From positions 108,068,001-108,132,000 of the forward strand of contig NW_024704743.1 in assembly GCF_018977255.1 (NCBI RefSeq): a DNA stretch of 64,000 nt, read 5' to 3'. Position 1 is the stretch's first letter, and every line of letters begins with the position of its first letter. This document shows, piece by piece, positions 47,301-59,689 of this stretch. The notes under the pieces were generated by a model, which worked only from the letters and a program-made list of their open reading frames with translations, had not been told where the DNA came from and did no database searches. The translations under genes were made by a program, and so were the position numbers. This DNA is from Callorhinchus milii. Lineage: Eukaryota.

Positions 47301-50300
47301 AATGTAATTTTATTGTTGTTGATGACATCTGAAACACCTAATAAGAGGGTTCGGTGTACAGGGTAGCTTATTCATGTTCTTATGCTACGGATTCAGCTTG
47401 ACATGTGTAGCTTTAAAATGAACTCACTTTGTTCTGTGTGTGTTCACGTGCGTGAGAGAAATGCAAGTACGTGTGTCATTGCAGTAATTCATGATAGTTA
47501 ATCAACTGCTAATGGAAACAATCTCAATTGGTTGTAGTCCGAGCAGTAAAATTGCTACATATTGATTGGAACTGAGATACACTAGTGATAAATTTATTCT
47601 GAAATAGATTCCAATAACTAACGGAATTAACTGGTCCACAATTGCCTGGGAGACAGAACCAGAGCCAGATCAGGAGAGTGCTTTTCGCAATATGTGATTA
47701 GACTGTAAAATCCTTATTTCCCTTTCTGGAACTGTAGGACGTGATGAGGTGCTATATCAAATTCAAGGATTATTATTATTATTACTGTTCTTTTGTCATA
47801 TAATCAATCAGATGATTTGCACCCAACCCCCTGTCAGCAAAGAACGCCCTGGATGGATTGTTCATGGATTGCTTTCTTTTCCCCGATGGCCTGAGCTAAT
47901 TTAACAATTCAGCATCTGGCTGATCACAAACCCTTGTCCTACTACATGATGAGACCACACGGTTGCTCCTCAATATGTTGCACCAGTAAGCCATCCATAG
48001 TAGATATTCCCTGCTGCTTGTTCAGTTAGGACCACCATATCTGTTAGGATTGTGGCTTACATGGTTAACAGGAGCTGAGTGGGAAAAATCCCTTGGAACT
48101 GGTCTCCTCCTCCAAGCCCCATCGATAAGCCAAGCTGGCTGGCCCATCGTCAACAGTACCTTGGAGTCTGGTGGTACAGTCTCGTTGAGGAGCTGGACTC
48201 CTGAGACCGCCACTGAGGATCAGCTTGATTTTGATATCTCATTGCTAGTCAGATACAGAAAATCTTTTATTCAAATAAGTTATCAAAGATGATTCCCAAA
48301 TTGTGGCAACAAGAGTTCTGTGGGGACAAGATCATTATTACATTAAATAAATACTTTGTGATGGTTTGTTTTTAAGGGAATTGTTTCTCAGATACTGGTT
48401 TTACTCCCAGCTAACTTGCAGTGTGCAGCTCACTCACCACAGCATGTGCTCAATCAAAGATTCGTATTGGAAATTTGTAACATGAGCTGGAGAAGTTCTC
48501 TCAGGATTCACAATGTAATTGTGAGATTCTTTCCCATCAGCTTGGCTCAGTTGCTGCTGTCCAAAAAATTAGCTGTCGTGTTGCCCACAAAATACACTGT
48601 CACGAGACTTCATAATATATCCTGTGAAGCACTTTGGAACGTCCTCCTGACATGAAAGTGCTATAAAAATGTAAGGATTATTAGTATATGTGGAGGTTGA
48701 AGGTACCAGCCAAGGAAGCAACAGAAAGAAAATGTGTGTGTGTGTGTGGTTGTGTGTGTGTTTAAGAGGGGGAGAGCAATAGAGCGAACATGGTGTGACT
48801 TCCAACAGAACTTCCTTTAACTGATATGTCATAGAAATAATGGGCAAGTCCCTTTACTGCACTGGAGAATTGAAAATAGAGAGATCAAACTGAAGCATTG
48901 TTCCTTAGCAAGTCTGCTTTTCTCGATTCCTGGCACAGCACAGGCAGATTTCATTGTTACATTTGATATTACTGATATTACTGTGATAAGGGTTTTTAAT
49001 GTGAGTAATTGCTAATGGGATTTCTTTATAAGGAATTCGTCCTGGCTGGTGATCTACACTCCAGAAGTAGATCGAATGGGTCGTGGGTTGGCGTCAAATA
49101 CCTTTGGGTCCTGGAAGCAATCTATATCTTATTAATGAAACCCATGAGTGAAGACATACCACAAATTAGACCTCAAGAGATAGAAACTGATGCTTTGCAC
49201 TCCCTTTTCTGGTCTTTGACAGTGAATATGGCAGGTTGACCTCTCCTGTCAGGTCTGATAGTGTGAGCTGAGCATTTCTTGTGTTAATTAGCTCAAGAAA
49301 TGGGTGTTGAGAACAACTGCAAATTGTACACCATTATTTACACTGTGCCCTGTCTAAAGGTGCATTTGCTGGAAATTTCATTGTTATTTTACAATACATA
49401 TTGGGCAGAGTAATTGATATAGATGGGAAAAATGCAAGTCTTTCCGCCTATAGTATTGAAGAAGCTATGAGAGATTTTAATTTTAGTAGACAAGAATACT
49501 GGATTTATGAGGTTACAGTGGGGAAATAGGGTGAGGGTAATGTCACATGCCCCACCCCAACATGGGTGCAGATGCTTACATTTGTTTACTAATGGTTTTG
49601 AAGTAAAATGGCGGAAGGGTTGCAGGATTCTCAGTCAGGTTGAGATATTCTGAATCAATCTTTAATGTAGACAGCCCGAACGCAAGCCAATTATGACAGA
49701 ATTGGAAATTCTTGTTTTTCTGCTCCCCAGGCAGTATTTAAAGACTAGCAGTTGAAATCTGGTTGTTGCAGTCAATGTGCCAACCCACTCACCTCTCCCC
49801 CCCTACCCCCACCAAACATCCTTTGCGTAACAATACAATGGAGATCTTTAGGTGTAGACTAAACTAATCTGATGCTGATGAGGAGACTGGTAAATGTGCC
49901 TTTGTTGTATCTTTCTCTTACAAGTACTTCTGCAGATGAGCCCAATGTACCATAATTATTCAATGCAATTTGTATTTGAGCAAAGAGAGTGTGAATGTGC
50001 ATCTCAATGAAAGCATCTTTCAATAAAACCTACAACAATGTGTTCAAGTACAGAGGTCTCTTCATGTACAGTGTTTTTATATTTGTGTCAGTTTAATAAA
50101 AGGTTTTAGCCTCCACACAAATATCCTGACACCTCAGTGCCCAAGGGTAGTTAATCATTGGTAATGTGGAACCCTACTTTTCAGACAGCCTCTCTCGTGA
50201 AAACGAGAGATGTATGAAAACGCCTTTTCATACATTTTTGACGCTATGGCTGGATCCACTGCTTTTTCAGTCTCTTTTGATGTGAAGAAAGAAAGCGAGG

Positions 50301-51887
50301 TTGGGCAGTCAGCCAGTTCACTCCCATAAACGCTTGGTGCTATTTGTAGTCATTAAATATCAAAGCCAGGCTAACCACAGTGAATCCCATCACAATGCAG
50401 GGGTGGGCAGAAACAACAGCGACAATGATCAATTAATGATGTCTACTGCTTAATTGTCCATATGTATCAATTACCTAGGATGCTTTACAAACTGAATTGT
50501 TTTTTTCCCTTGCTGTGTGAATATGGTGTATGAATTACACTGGGAAGCACTGGGCTGGATACTGGATGTAGAATACAACAACAACAATAAAATTGCATTT
50601 GTAAAGGGCCTTTCACATCAGGAGGACGTCCCAAGGCGCTGAACGCAAATCACTGTTTACAGTTTTGATTTTCTCAGACACTGTTGTTGTCCTTTTCTCA
50701 GAAGTACTTAGTGAAGGTGAGGGCAGAAATATTTCACTGTATCTATGGTATAATAATACTGTTGAAATTTGTTCCATTTATTGAGGGTCTGTAGCACAGC
50801 TGTCAAATTCTGATGCTATAAATTATCCTCATTTTCCTATAAAATATTCAGTGAATGTGCAGAAATATGATTGTGTGCTGCAGCCAAATGATAGGCTCCA
50901 CATAAGAGGTTAAGATCTCATTCTTAGTTTTACAGAAAGGCAGCAGTACTGCACGTTTTAGGTCAATACAATTTGCCCCTTATTACTTATCTTATGATAA
51001 AGGTGATGGTGGGGGAGGATTTATGTACCAAAGGGTAAATCCTCTTCGTCTTGGCAACAGGCTGAGTGGAACCTGTGGGTTATAGATGGTAATTATTTTC
51101 AATTGCTGAACAGTGTGAGTGTAAGTCGTGTCTCCTTTCGCCCTTCGACATCTAAGGTTACTGGAGGTGGCTCTAACTATCATTCAGATCTCTGCAAGGA
51201 CAAACATAATTGAAGGAAATTGATGTGTTGCAACAATTAACTAAGAGATCTGGCTTGAAAGTAGCTGAGCTTGAAAGCACTGAAGTTTATATTGTCCAGA
51301 TGAGATGTTTTCATAGGGCAGGCTCTTTCTTACATTGGATCAGGCGAAGAGATGCTTGAGTGGTGTGAAGCATATGTTGTGTTTTAATCATATGCACAGC
51401 ACCATGTCTATAGTTCCCTCAAAATATGGCATATTTTAATATTATTTTAAAATTGTTCCTTTGTGAAAACAAATTCTGGTTTGCATATTATTGATGGTAT
51501 TAGGAAAGCCTGGCTTATCGTGCCACTCATTGCATTCATTTCTAGTCTGAACCTCAAACACTTGAAGGCTTAGACAAGGGATAATTTGAATGAAAAGGGG
51601 CCTCATTGTGCCAGCTGACTAAGCCACCTCTCTATGCTTCGAGTGTTTCAGAAAAGAATTCCTTGTATTAGACAGATACTATTGAAATCATCACCAGAAT
51701 AAGACATGGGGCTGAATATTCTACTTCTCCTAAATGTAATAACTTTGACATTTATAATGGAAAATTCAGGACACATTATCAAGGTCACTTAGTCAAAAGT
51801 GGAATATCGCATTGCACTCAGAGGCTAATTAAAATTTTTGTTACTGTTTTATCTCCTGCAACAGTTGGGATTTCTTGTGATGGCAGA

Positions 51888-52477
51888 CTAGCTCTACCCA
51901 TTGCTTGCAACCAAAGGATCCAATATGGAATATAGATTGACACAGAGACAGACATTTCATCTTTATTTATACTCATTTGGGAGGACCCCTGTGGGAGGAC
52001 TTCTTTTGGAAGGACTCAGTGGGAGGACTTGGTGCTTTAAAAATGTAATTTTGTTGTCTTGCCGTGGGTTAGCTTTGTCTGTGTTCTATATTTTGTTTCT
52101 GTCGCTTGGCTATGTGCGTGTTCTGTGACGCTTGATGCCACAGCACCATAGTCAGCTGGCACGGCTACCAGGTGTAATTGTAGTGTGTGTGTACATACCT
52201 AGGTGCTCTGTGACATATGATGCCACAGTGCCGTTTTGACTCGGCGGTCACCAGGTTTACCAGCTAAAAATGCAAAATTGAAAATAACTCATGAACGATA
52301 GGAGATACCTGAAAACAAATATGCCCATGTCACTCCAGATGCATGAACTTTCCGATGAGGTATAAATCATGTCTCTATGTCAATCGGTTATTGAGATCCT
52401 ACTTGAAGAGCAGACACACATTGTCATTTTATTAATATATATATAGATGTAGATAGATAGAAGAAGAAGATAGAAGA
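51888..52477 (-). mobile_element. Non-autonomous Helitron candidate
   Basis: Minus strand starts TC (tcttctatcttc...tctatatatatattaataaaa), ends with an imperfect hairpin and CTAG, and sits between A and T with no TSD; internal short repeats. Confidence 0.65.
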
Positions 52478-52724
52478 TTATCACAACATAAAATTAATGT
52501 GGCTGCATATTCCATATTAAACTGTGGGAACGGCGTTAAATTTGGAGAGCTCAAAAGTCCCTGTAATTTCATAAAACGGGCCCCATTACCACGCATATTA
52601 AATGACGCCTTTCTGCGAGGTATGGTGAAGTGTACAGTTGCATTATCTCGGCACACTGAGGCATTAGTGGGCAAGTTGTAAAATTCCACCTGCATTACTG
52701 AACAAAAATACAATGCACGTTAAT

Positions 52725-52927
52725 AAACGGGGTAATAAATCCTTGAAATAAAATAATAATGTGGTCATTCAATCCACGACTGTTTGTGGGACACTGCTGT
52801 GCTCAATTGGCTGCCGCATTTCTTCAATGAAATATACACACTACACTTTGCAGTATATTCTGTGAAGCTCTGAGACATCTCGAGCACCTGATAAGGCGCT
52901 ATATAAAAATGCAAGGATTATTATTGT
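52725..52927 (+). mobile_element. SINE 3' half
   Basis: ggggtaataa...gtttgtgggacactgctgtg...aaatgcaaggattattatt. Confidence 0.85.
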
Positions 52928-53379
52928 TAACCCTTTGTTTGACCAGAGTACATTTCTTTAATAAATCAAAACTCTGAATATCATATAACATTAGTGCTAC
53001 CAAGTCTAATGGGGAGAATGCTTGGAGTATTATGTGGGATGTTTATCCAAACTGGACAGATACTATAAAGAGTATTCAACAAAAATCCTCATGCATTATT
53101 TTATATTTTTTTGGGTTTAACAAAAGGTATCATCCTTCACACATATATCCTAACATCTCAGTGCTCAAGGACTATTAACTGTTGGTAATGTGGAGTCCCA
53201 CTTTTTGAGCATTTTTTTGTGGTCAGTGGGGTGCCTGATACATGCGGAAACCCATCACCATACTTAAGAGTATCCAAACCAGACTGATAGTTCCACATAT
53301 GTATGTCAAGTCACATGGAAATTTCCCTAGGTTTGCAATGTACTAAAAAGGTGGTTTAGGATTGGCCAGTGGGTTTAAT

Positions 53380-54230
53380 TTATTTTGATCTTTGTGAAAC
53401 GTTTGAAGTTAAAGATCAGGAAGTGAATGAGCAATTAGATTGGTTTAACAAAAGTAAGCAGAAGGCACTAATAAATAAATAAATGTTCAGTCTTGGGGGT
53501 GGTGTCAAGTGAAATTTTGCTGGAATCGATTCTGGTTACACTATTCCTGAATGATTTGGAGGTGAGCCACTTCTTGTAGTATTATAACATTTGCTGTTGA
53601 TGATAATGTTTGTGGGCAAATGGATCAGATAAGGAGGATAAATAGCATTAGAGATCAGAAATAATTAAGCAGATGAGACAAAGAGGGGCAGATGGGTTTT
53701 AATGTTGATAGATGTAAGTTAATGCAAATTGGAACAAGAAATAGCAAAATATGTGTACACAATGAATAGCCTGTCTATTAGCTGGGGTGTAGAAGGAAAT
53801 GATTTCTCGTCAAGGTGGAAGCTGGTGTCAACAAAACTAGTCAAATACTCGGTTGTATCTTTAGGTGAAAATTCAGAGAAGAGCATTGAGGCTGATTCTG
53901 GGTTCTCAGCGCTCTAAGTGATGTGCAGTGGCTTCTGTTAGAAGAAATGATTAAGGGGGCATATTGTTCCAAGTGTTTAAAATTGTGAAAGTTATAGATG
54001 AGATAGATGTAAGCAAGCTATTTGACACAGACTGGGAGATTAAAACTAGAGGGCATAGATTTAAAATGAAAAGTTTTCAAGTGGGACTAGCAAGTGGAAG
54101 AATTATTTTTTTCTATCTAGTAAATACATGGAACGGACTCCCAATGAAATCAATGTCAATTAAGAGTTTCAGAAATCACTGGAGAACTACATGCTTATTC
54201 ATGGACAATGTAGAAATAGGTGAAAACTGA
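53380..54230 (+). mobile_element. Old CR1 fragment
   Basis: tttgctgttgatgat (FA.D-like), ggcagatgggttttaatgttgatagatgtaag, ORF VFKIVK...KTRGHRFK...VNTWNGLP. Confidence 0.75.
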
Positions 54231-54313
54231 GAGAAAAATAAGAATCCGATGGAGACAATGATTTCTGTGATGTTATGGTCTGGATTGGGGAAGGGGAAAG
54301 TAATTGATTGTCA

Positions 54314-54633
54314 TGGGGAAGCTCAGTGGTTAGAGCACTCGCTTTGCAAGTGAGAGACCTGAGTTCAATTCCAGGCAGAGGGCGAAACCTTGGGCAAGTT
54401 TCCTTACTCCACACAGAGCCTAATAATAATCCCTCCAAAACCAAAAACAATAATAAATTGGTCATTTTCAATCTACGACTGTTTGTGGGACATTGCTGTG
54501 CGCAATTGGCTGCCGCGTTCGCCTACAAATATACAGTCAATTCACTTTACAGTGTGTTCTGTGAAGCGCTTTGGGACATCCTCCCGACGTGAAAAGCGCT
54601 ATATCAAATGCAAGGATTATTATGATTATGATT
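54314..54633 (+). mobile_element. tRNA(Ala-like) SINE
   Basis: agctcagtggttagagcactcgctttgcaagtgagagacctgagttcaattcc head; intact tail hairpin. Confidence 0.92.
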
Positions 54634-56239
54634 AAGAGAACTAGTTGGAATAGTGGAGATATGAGGATGGATGAATATTAAGATAATGCATGGAAACAGA
54701 CCCTTCAGCCCAATCAGTCCATGCTGGGACTAGTAATAATATCCTTTTCTGCAGTTTGAGACTTCAGAGAATATGCTTCTCAGAGGACAGAGAGGATGGA
54801 GCGAAGTCAACAATAGTATAGGTTTTACGTGACTCTTGGAAGGAGTGAACTCAAATGCACTTTTCTCCAGCCAAGCTTTCTTTTGCCCTTATAAACACTA
54901 AGCAAAACTAGGAAAAATTAAACATGTTATATGAATTCTAAACAGATTTTAGTCACAATGTGCGCCATTCCCTGGCTAAGAGGACTAGGGCGTGACCAGT
55001 TCTCAGGCCTCTGACAATGGCAGTGCAGATCCATCCACTAGGGGGTGGCAAAGAGCCAGATAACATAATTGCTTTCGCCATTTTCCCAATGGACCTCCGC
55101 TTGGCTTCTTTTCAGCCTTTGCCCCACAGTTTGGTCAAGACTGGGAACTTAATACACATCGATTAGGAAGTGCAGAATCCATGTCTACTTATCCACAGCA
55201 CAGTATGTTAAAATGCCACCATGCAGCCTTTATCACCAAGCGGCACGAGAAGCGTGTGCTTTCAAATGTTTTCAGATTAAATAAATATATGGAGGATGCA
55301 CAATGTTTTATGAAAAATAAAGAGATGAGATCAGGACCGATAACTGCTGGGGCCATTGATTGCCATAAATGGGATTGAACCACTTGGCTTAGATTGTGAA
55401 GTTAGTTCATTTTTGAATGTAATGTACCGCTCCTACTTTTGAGCAGGATAACAGACCATTGTTCAAACATCAATTGTTCATATACTTCTGGATGATGGAT
55501 TTAATTTCTGTTTTATTTCTGGCATGTGCAGAATGTTTTGTGAGATATTTTGCTTCACTGCTTTGAGTCTTCCTCCACCTCTACTAGCCTCCAGTTTAGG
55601 CAATGAGAATACATTTGTTCCGAATGAATTTCTTTCTCCGAGAATGTTGATCTGGAGTTTGGAAATGCCATGTGAAAGTGGAGGCACTGCTATGTTTTGA
55701 AACTCTGGCACGTTTGTACAATTGGTGGGTATTGGAAGGCCTCAGAGAATGGGTGCAGAGCAAAGAGAAAATCTTTGACCTGGGTTTATTGCAATGAATC
55801 AGTCTGAAAGGTCAGTCAATCACACTGGGATGTTTGTGACCTGCATCAGTATGTTGACTCACCTCCAAACCCGGGTCTTTCATTCAGCCCTCGTGAACAG
55901 CTGATCTGATGCTGGGTCCATCCAATCCAAATTCAATCCAAACAGACCAGCTATTTTACAATAGGATTTGCCTCCTAATTACAAAGTTAATTATATGGAA
56001 TGTACAGCACAAATACAGGCCACTCGGCACAACCAGTCCATGCCAGTGTTTATACTCCCCAAGAATCTCCACCCATTCCTTACTCCTTCTCATACTCATC
56101 CCTCTCCTCATGTGAAAGTCTAGTATCCTCTCGAATACAAGTACACTGTTGACAAACTCATACAAGAGATAAAGGAAATAAAGGTTCCCTGTCTATGAAA
56201 CTTACTTGATGCAAATACTACATCTAATTAAAAGTATGA

Positions 56240-56460
56240 GATGGAATCAAGTTGATCAATTCATAGCAGTCTCAGTGGTCCGGTTCCTGAACCAGGTGGG
56301 TCCACAGTATTCCAAACCATTCTTGGCAGAGGAGCCATCGGCAAGACTTGAAATGGCGAGCCCTTTGCTTTCACCGCTTGACAGCTCAGGCAGTGTTGTA
56401 CTCACGACCTAAACCCACTGTCATCATCAAAAACACAAGGATTCCTGACTCGCAACAGGC
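56240..56460 (-). mobile_element. Ancient non-LTR retrotransposon fragment
   Basis: Minus strand VRNPCVFDDD (VRNLGV-like) and LEYCGPTW; homologous to 34640-34800. Confidence 0.55.
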
Positions 56461-56984
56461 GACATTCAATTTGCTGGAAATATTGCTTCTTTAATTGTTA
56501 CATACATTGAAACAAAGTACAGAAGGATTATAATTAGGAATCAAAAATGTTACTTATGTCTGGAGGCATGTTAATGAGCAAACCAGTTGAAGGCTAAGAG
56601 ATGTATTACTTGCTGCAGTGCTTTACATTTAGGTCACTGAAGGGTTGATCAAATTTAAAGATCTAGACATTTAATCAGGTGCACAGACCTCCTCACTCTC
56701 TTTGACAGAACTGGTGGCTAAATTAGTTTTTTTTCTTATTTGATGACCCAATCCAATTTTGAAACTTGCAAGCGCTTCAGGGAAGACAAGCACCAAACTT
56801 TTTTTTATGTCATTACTAACTCTGGTGAGACCATAACACAATTTTTACAAAGCAGCTCAGTTAACTATTTCATTTTAGTTGACCGACTAGACTTTCACAT
56901 CTAAATGCATCCATTAACCAAATGCTTCCCTGTTCAAGTCCACCCTTTACTAAGAGTGCGCTTTATCTGAGATCGCCATTTATC

Positions 56985-57210
56985 CAGGCCGGGCGAAACT
57001 TTAGACAAGTTTCCTTACTCCACACGCCTCTGTTTACCTAGCAGTAAAAACAGGAGTCCGGTTGTTGGTCGATTGGTGGAATGCTCTCCGGGGTAATAAT
57101 ACTCNAAAAAAATGATCACTCAATCTCCGACTGTTTGTGGGACACTGATGTGCGCAATTGGCCGCCGATTCACCCACAAAATACACAGTCAATCCATTTT
57201 ACAATATATT
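56985..57210 (+). mobile_element. SINE internal fragment
   Basis: caagtttccttactccacacgcctctgtttacctagcagtaa...gtttgtgggacactg. Confidence 0.85.
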
Positions 57211-57214
57211 TTAG

Positions 57215-58810
57215 GCACATTTTTTTATCCATAGAACAAAATAAAAAAGGCAGTTTTTCCTTAAGCACATTCTTATCCAGATTTATTTAACAAAAACAGA
57301 TCCGTTCTTTGTCCAAATCCATTGACCATTTTGTTTAATTCTCGACCTTACCACTTTCATTGTATAAATCAGTTTATTGTCTTTAGCTAAATTTGCTCTT
57401 TACATTTTTTTAAAATCTAAGTGGACTGTGGACTCGGATGTGTTTTGTATCCAAATGCATTACTTATGCAAACTGATTTAACATATTTTCTTATATATCT
57501 GACAAATAATTGTGCTCATCAAGTTGAGGGATGACAGTGTTGGAGAACTAAATACATTTCACACTTTTTGCACACACTGGTGGTATTAAGCATTCTCTGG
57601 CCAGGTATGAAAACAGATGCAAAGTAAAACTCTTGTTTTTCTGGTTCAATATTAAGTCTCAATGCAAAACTTCAAGGAACTCCATTCTGTAGCTGTATGA
57701 GTTTTTTCATTTCACAAACTGGCCATCTTTCTCCAAATTCAGAGCAATTGCCAATTTAGTGTGAATTTATTCTGAATGATAGGAGGTTTCCCACTAGGAA
57801 CTAGGTTAAGAAGTGCAGTGCTGATGCCACTTTGGATTCTTGCGCAATTACAGGAGACTTCCAAATTTCTGAATTATGGAAGGTTAGATTCAACGTCACG
57901 TTTCAGGAGATTAAGGGATCCTATGCTAATAAATAAAGAAAACTGCACCACTCAATCCACAATCCAATTACAGTGTAGTCTTTATGTAAATAAATTATTT
58001 ATCAAAATGCATTATTTTTCCCATTCACTTTTGTACTTTATCCAGATAAATTGCTCATATGCATGGTTTTATCCAAATATTTTTAATGAATCCAAACAGC
58101 CTTTTAGTTAAATGTGTGCTTTATCCAAATGCATTTTTCATTGAAATATTCAAATTTATTCCTTTATCAGAACACATTATTTATCAAAATTCAGATATTT
58201 CCAAAATGTTCTTATTCTGAATGCAGTTCAAAATAAAAATAAATTCTTTGTCAAATGCATCCCTGTTGGTATGTGTTTTATATCGAAATATACACCTATT
58301 ACCAATTGTATTTCATCCAAATACTATTTTATCTTCATACATGCTCTTCATTCAAGTTGTTTATTTTCATCCTTATTTATCTCAGCACATTTGTTGCTAA
58401 CTTGTATCTTGAATCCAAATGCATTTGTTATTAGAATGCTCTTTATCCATTTGTAGACAAATGCATTCTTATCCAAAATATGTTTTTTTAACAATACATT
58501 CTTTGTCTAGATGTGTTCTTTGTTCAAATGTGTCTTTCAAATAAACACTTTTGAGTGTTTTATCTTCATCTTTATTCCTACTATAACCTCTATCCGAATA
58601 GCTTCTTTGTCCTTGTTCAGTCCTTATGAAAAATGTGTGCTTTGTCTAGATGGGTTCTTTATCGTATGAATTCTTTATCCAAATGTATTCAATATCCAAA
58701 TGCATTCTGAAATCTGAACCATTTGTCCAGATACATTTTCGTGCACAAACAGTTTTTATCCAAATCCATTTTTGTCCATATCTGAACTTTTCATAAAATG
58801 CATTGGTCAT
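57215..58810 (+). repeat. Degenerate 16-17 bp minisatellite (ttctttatccaaatgca-like), interrupted at about 57500-57990
   Basis: Recurring tatccaaatgcatt variants on one strand, e.g. 57449, 58123, 58676, 58693. Confidence 0.7.
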
Positions 58811-59110
58811 CTCAATGTGTGTATACTCACCTTCCCCTCCCCTTTCTCCCAATTTACTCCTTTCTGGAAGCACTGTCTCATCCTGGGGCATGGATTCACA
58901 GGCACTCTTAGCCCTCTGCATGTTGCTCAAACAGCCATTACTCATGTGTTTGTAATGTTAGTGGAATGCTAGTAGGGTCTTCAACAGTAGAGGGAGCAGA
59001 TTGCCTCTGAGCCCATCCCTCTCTTCATCCACTATCACTGCACAGTGTTGGGTGTTCTTTAGCCAAGCACATTTATTTAACTAATTCTATCTAAATCATA
59101 GAGTACTATG

Positions 59111-59407
59111 CGGAGTCCTGTAGCTCAGTGGTTAGAGCACTTGCTTTGCAAGCGATTCCCGGCGGGGTGAAACCTTGGGCAAGTTTCCTTACTCCACACG
59201 CCTGATAATAATCCCTCAAAAAACCCCAATAATAAATTGGTCATTTCAATTCACAACTGTTTGTGGGACACTGCTATGTGCAATTGGCTGCCGCATTTCG
59301 CCCACAAATATACAGTCATTCACTTTACAGTCTATTCTGTGAAGCGCTTTGAGACGTCTAGAAGACGTGAAAAGCGCTATATCAAATGCAAGGATTATTA
59401 TTATTAC
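59111..59407 (+). mobile_element. tRNA(Ala-like) SINE with internal deletions
   Basis: ggagtcctgtagctcagtggttagagc head; tail aaatgcaagga(tta)n. Confidence 0.9.
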
Positions 59408-59409
59408 TT

Positions 59410-59625
59410 AAAAAGTTTCTCCTGGTGTCCTGGCCAACAATCACCCAAATCAAATTGGTCATTCACTTCATGGTTGTTTGTGGGACATTACTGTGTGCAA
59501 GTTGGCTGCTGCGTTTCATCTACGGTACAATCAGTGCACTTTACAGTATACCCTGTGAAGTATTTTGAGCAGTCCACCCACCACGAAAGATACTGTACCA
59601 AATATAATGATTAGCATTGTTATTA
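59410..59625 (+). mobile_element. Deu-domain SINE 3' fragment
   Basis: tctcctggtgtcctggccaacaa...gtttgtgggacatt...ttggctgctgcgttt. Confidence 0.7.
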
Positions 59626-59689
59626 TGCTTGTGTACCAATATGTGCTTAACCACAACATATCATCAATCTCCCTTAATAGTCGATTGGG

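Larger units (their letters stand above)
40362..49595 (+). repeat. Segmental repeat copy 2: A(40362-42866) B1(42867-47086) B2(47087-49595)
   Basis: Matches 26923-36141; unique sequence resumes at 49596. Confidence 0.97.

Noticed and set aside
54314..54390. tRNA-Ala gene (also 14981, 59111, 60861, 63297)
   Set aside because: Imperfect cloverleaf, and most copies run directly into a SINE body; these are SINE heads.
57215..58810. CRISPR-like array
   Set aside because: Units are short, degenerate and adjacent, with no unique spacers or cas genes, in a eukaryotic context.
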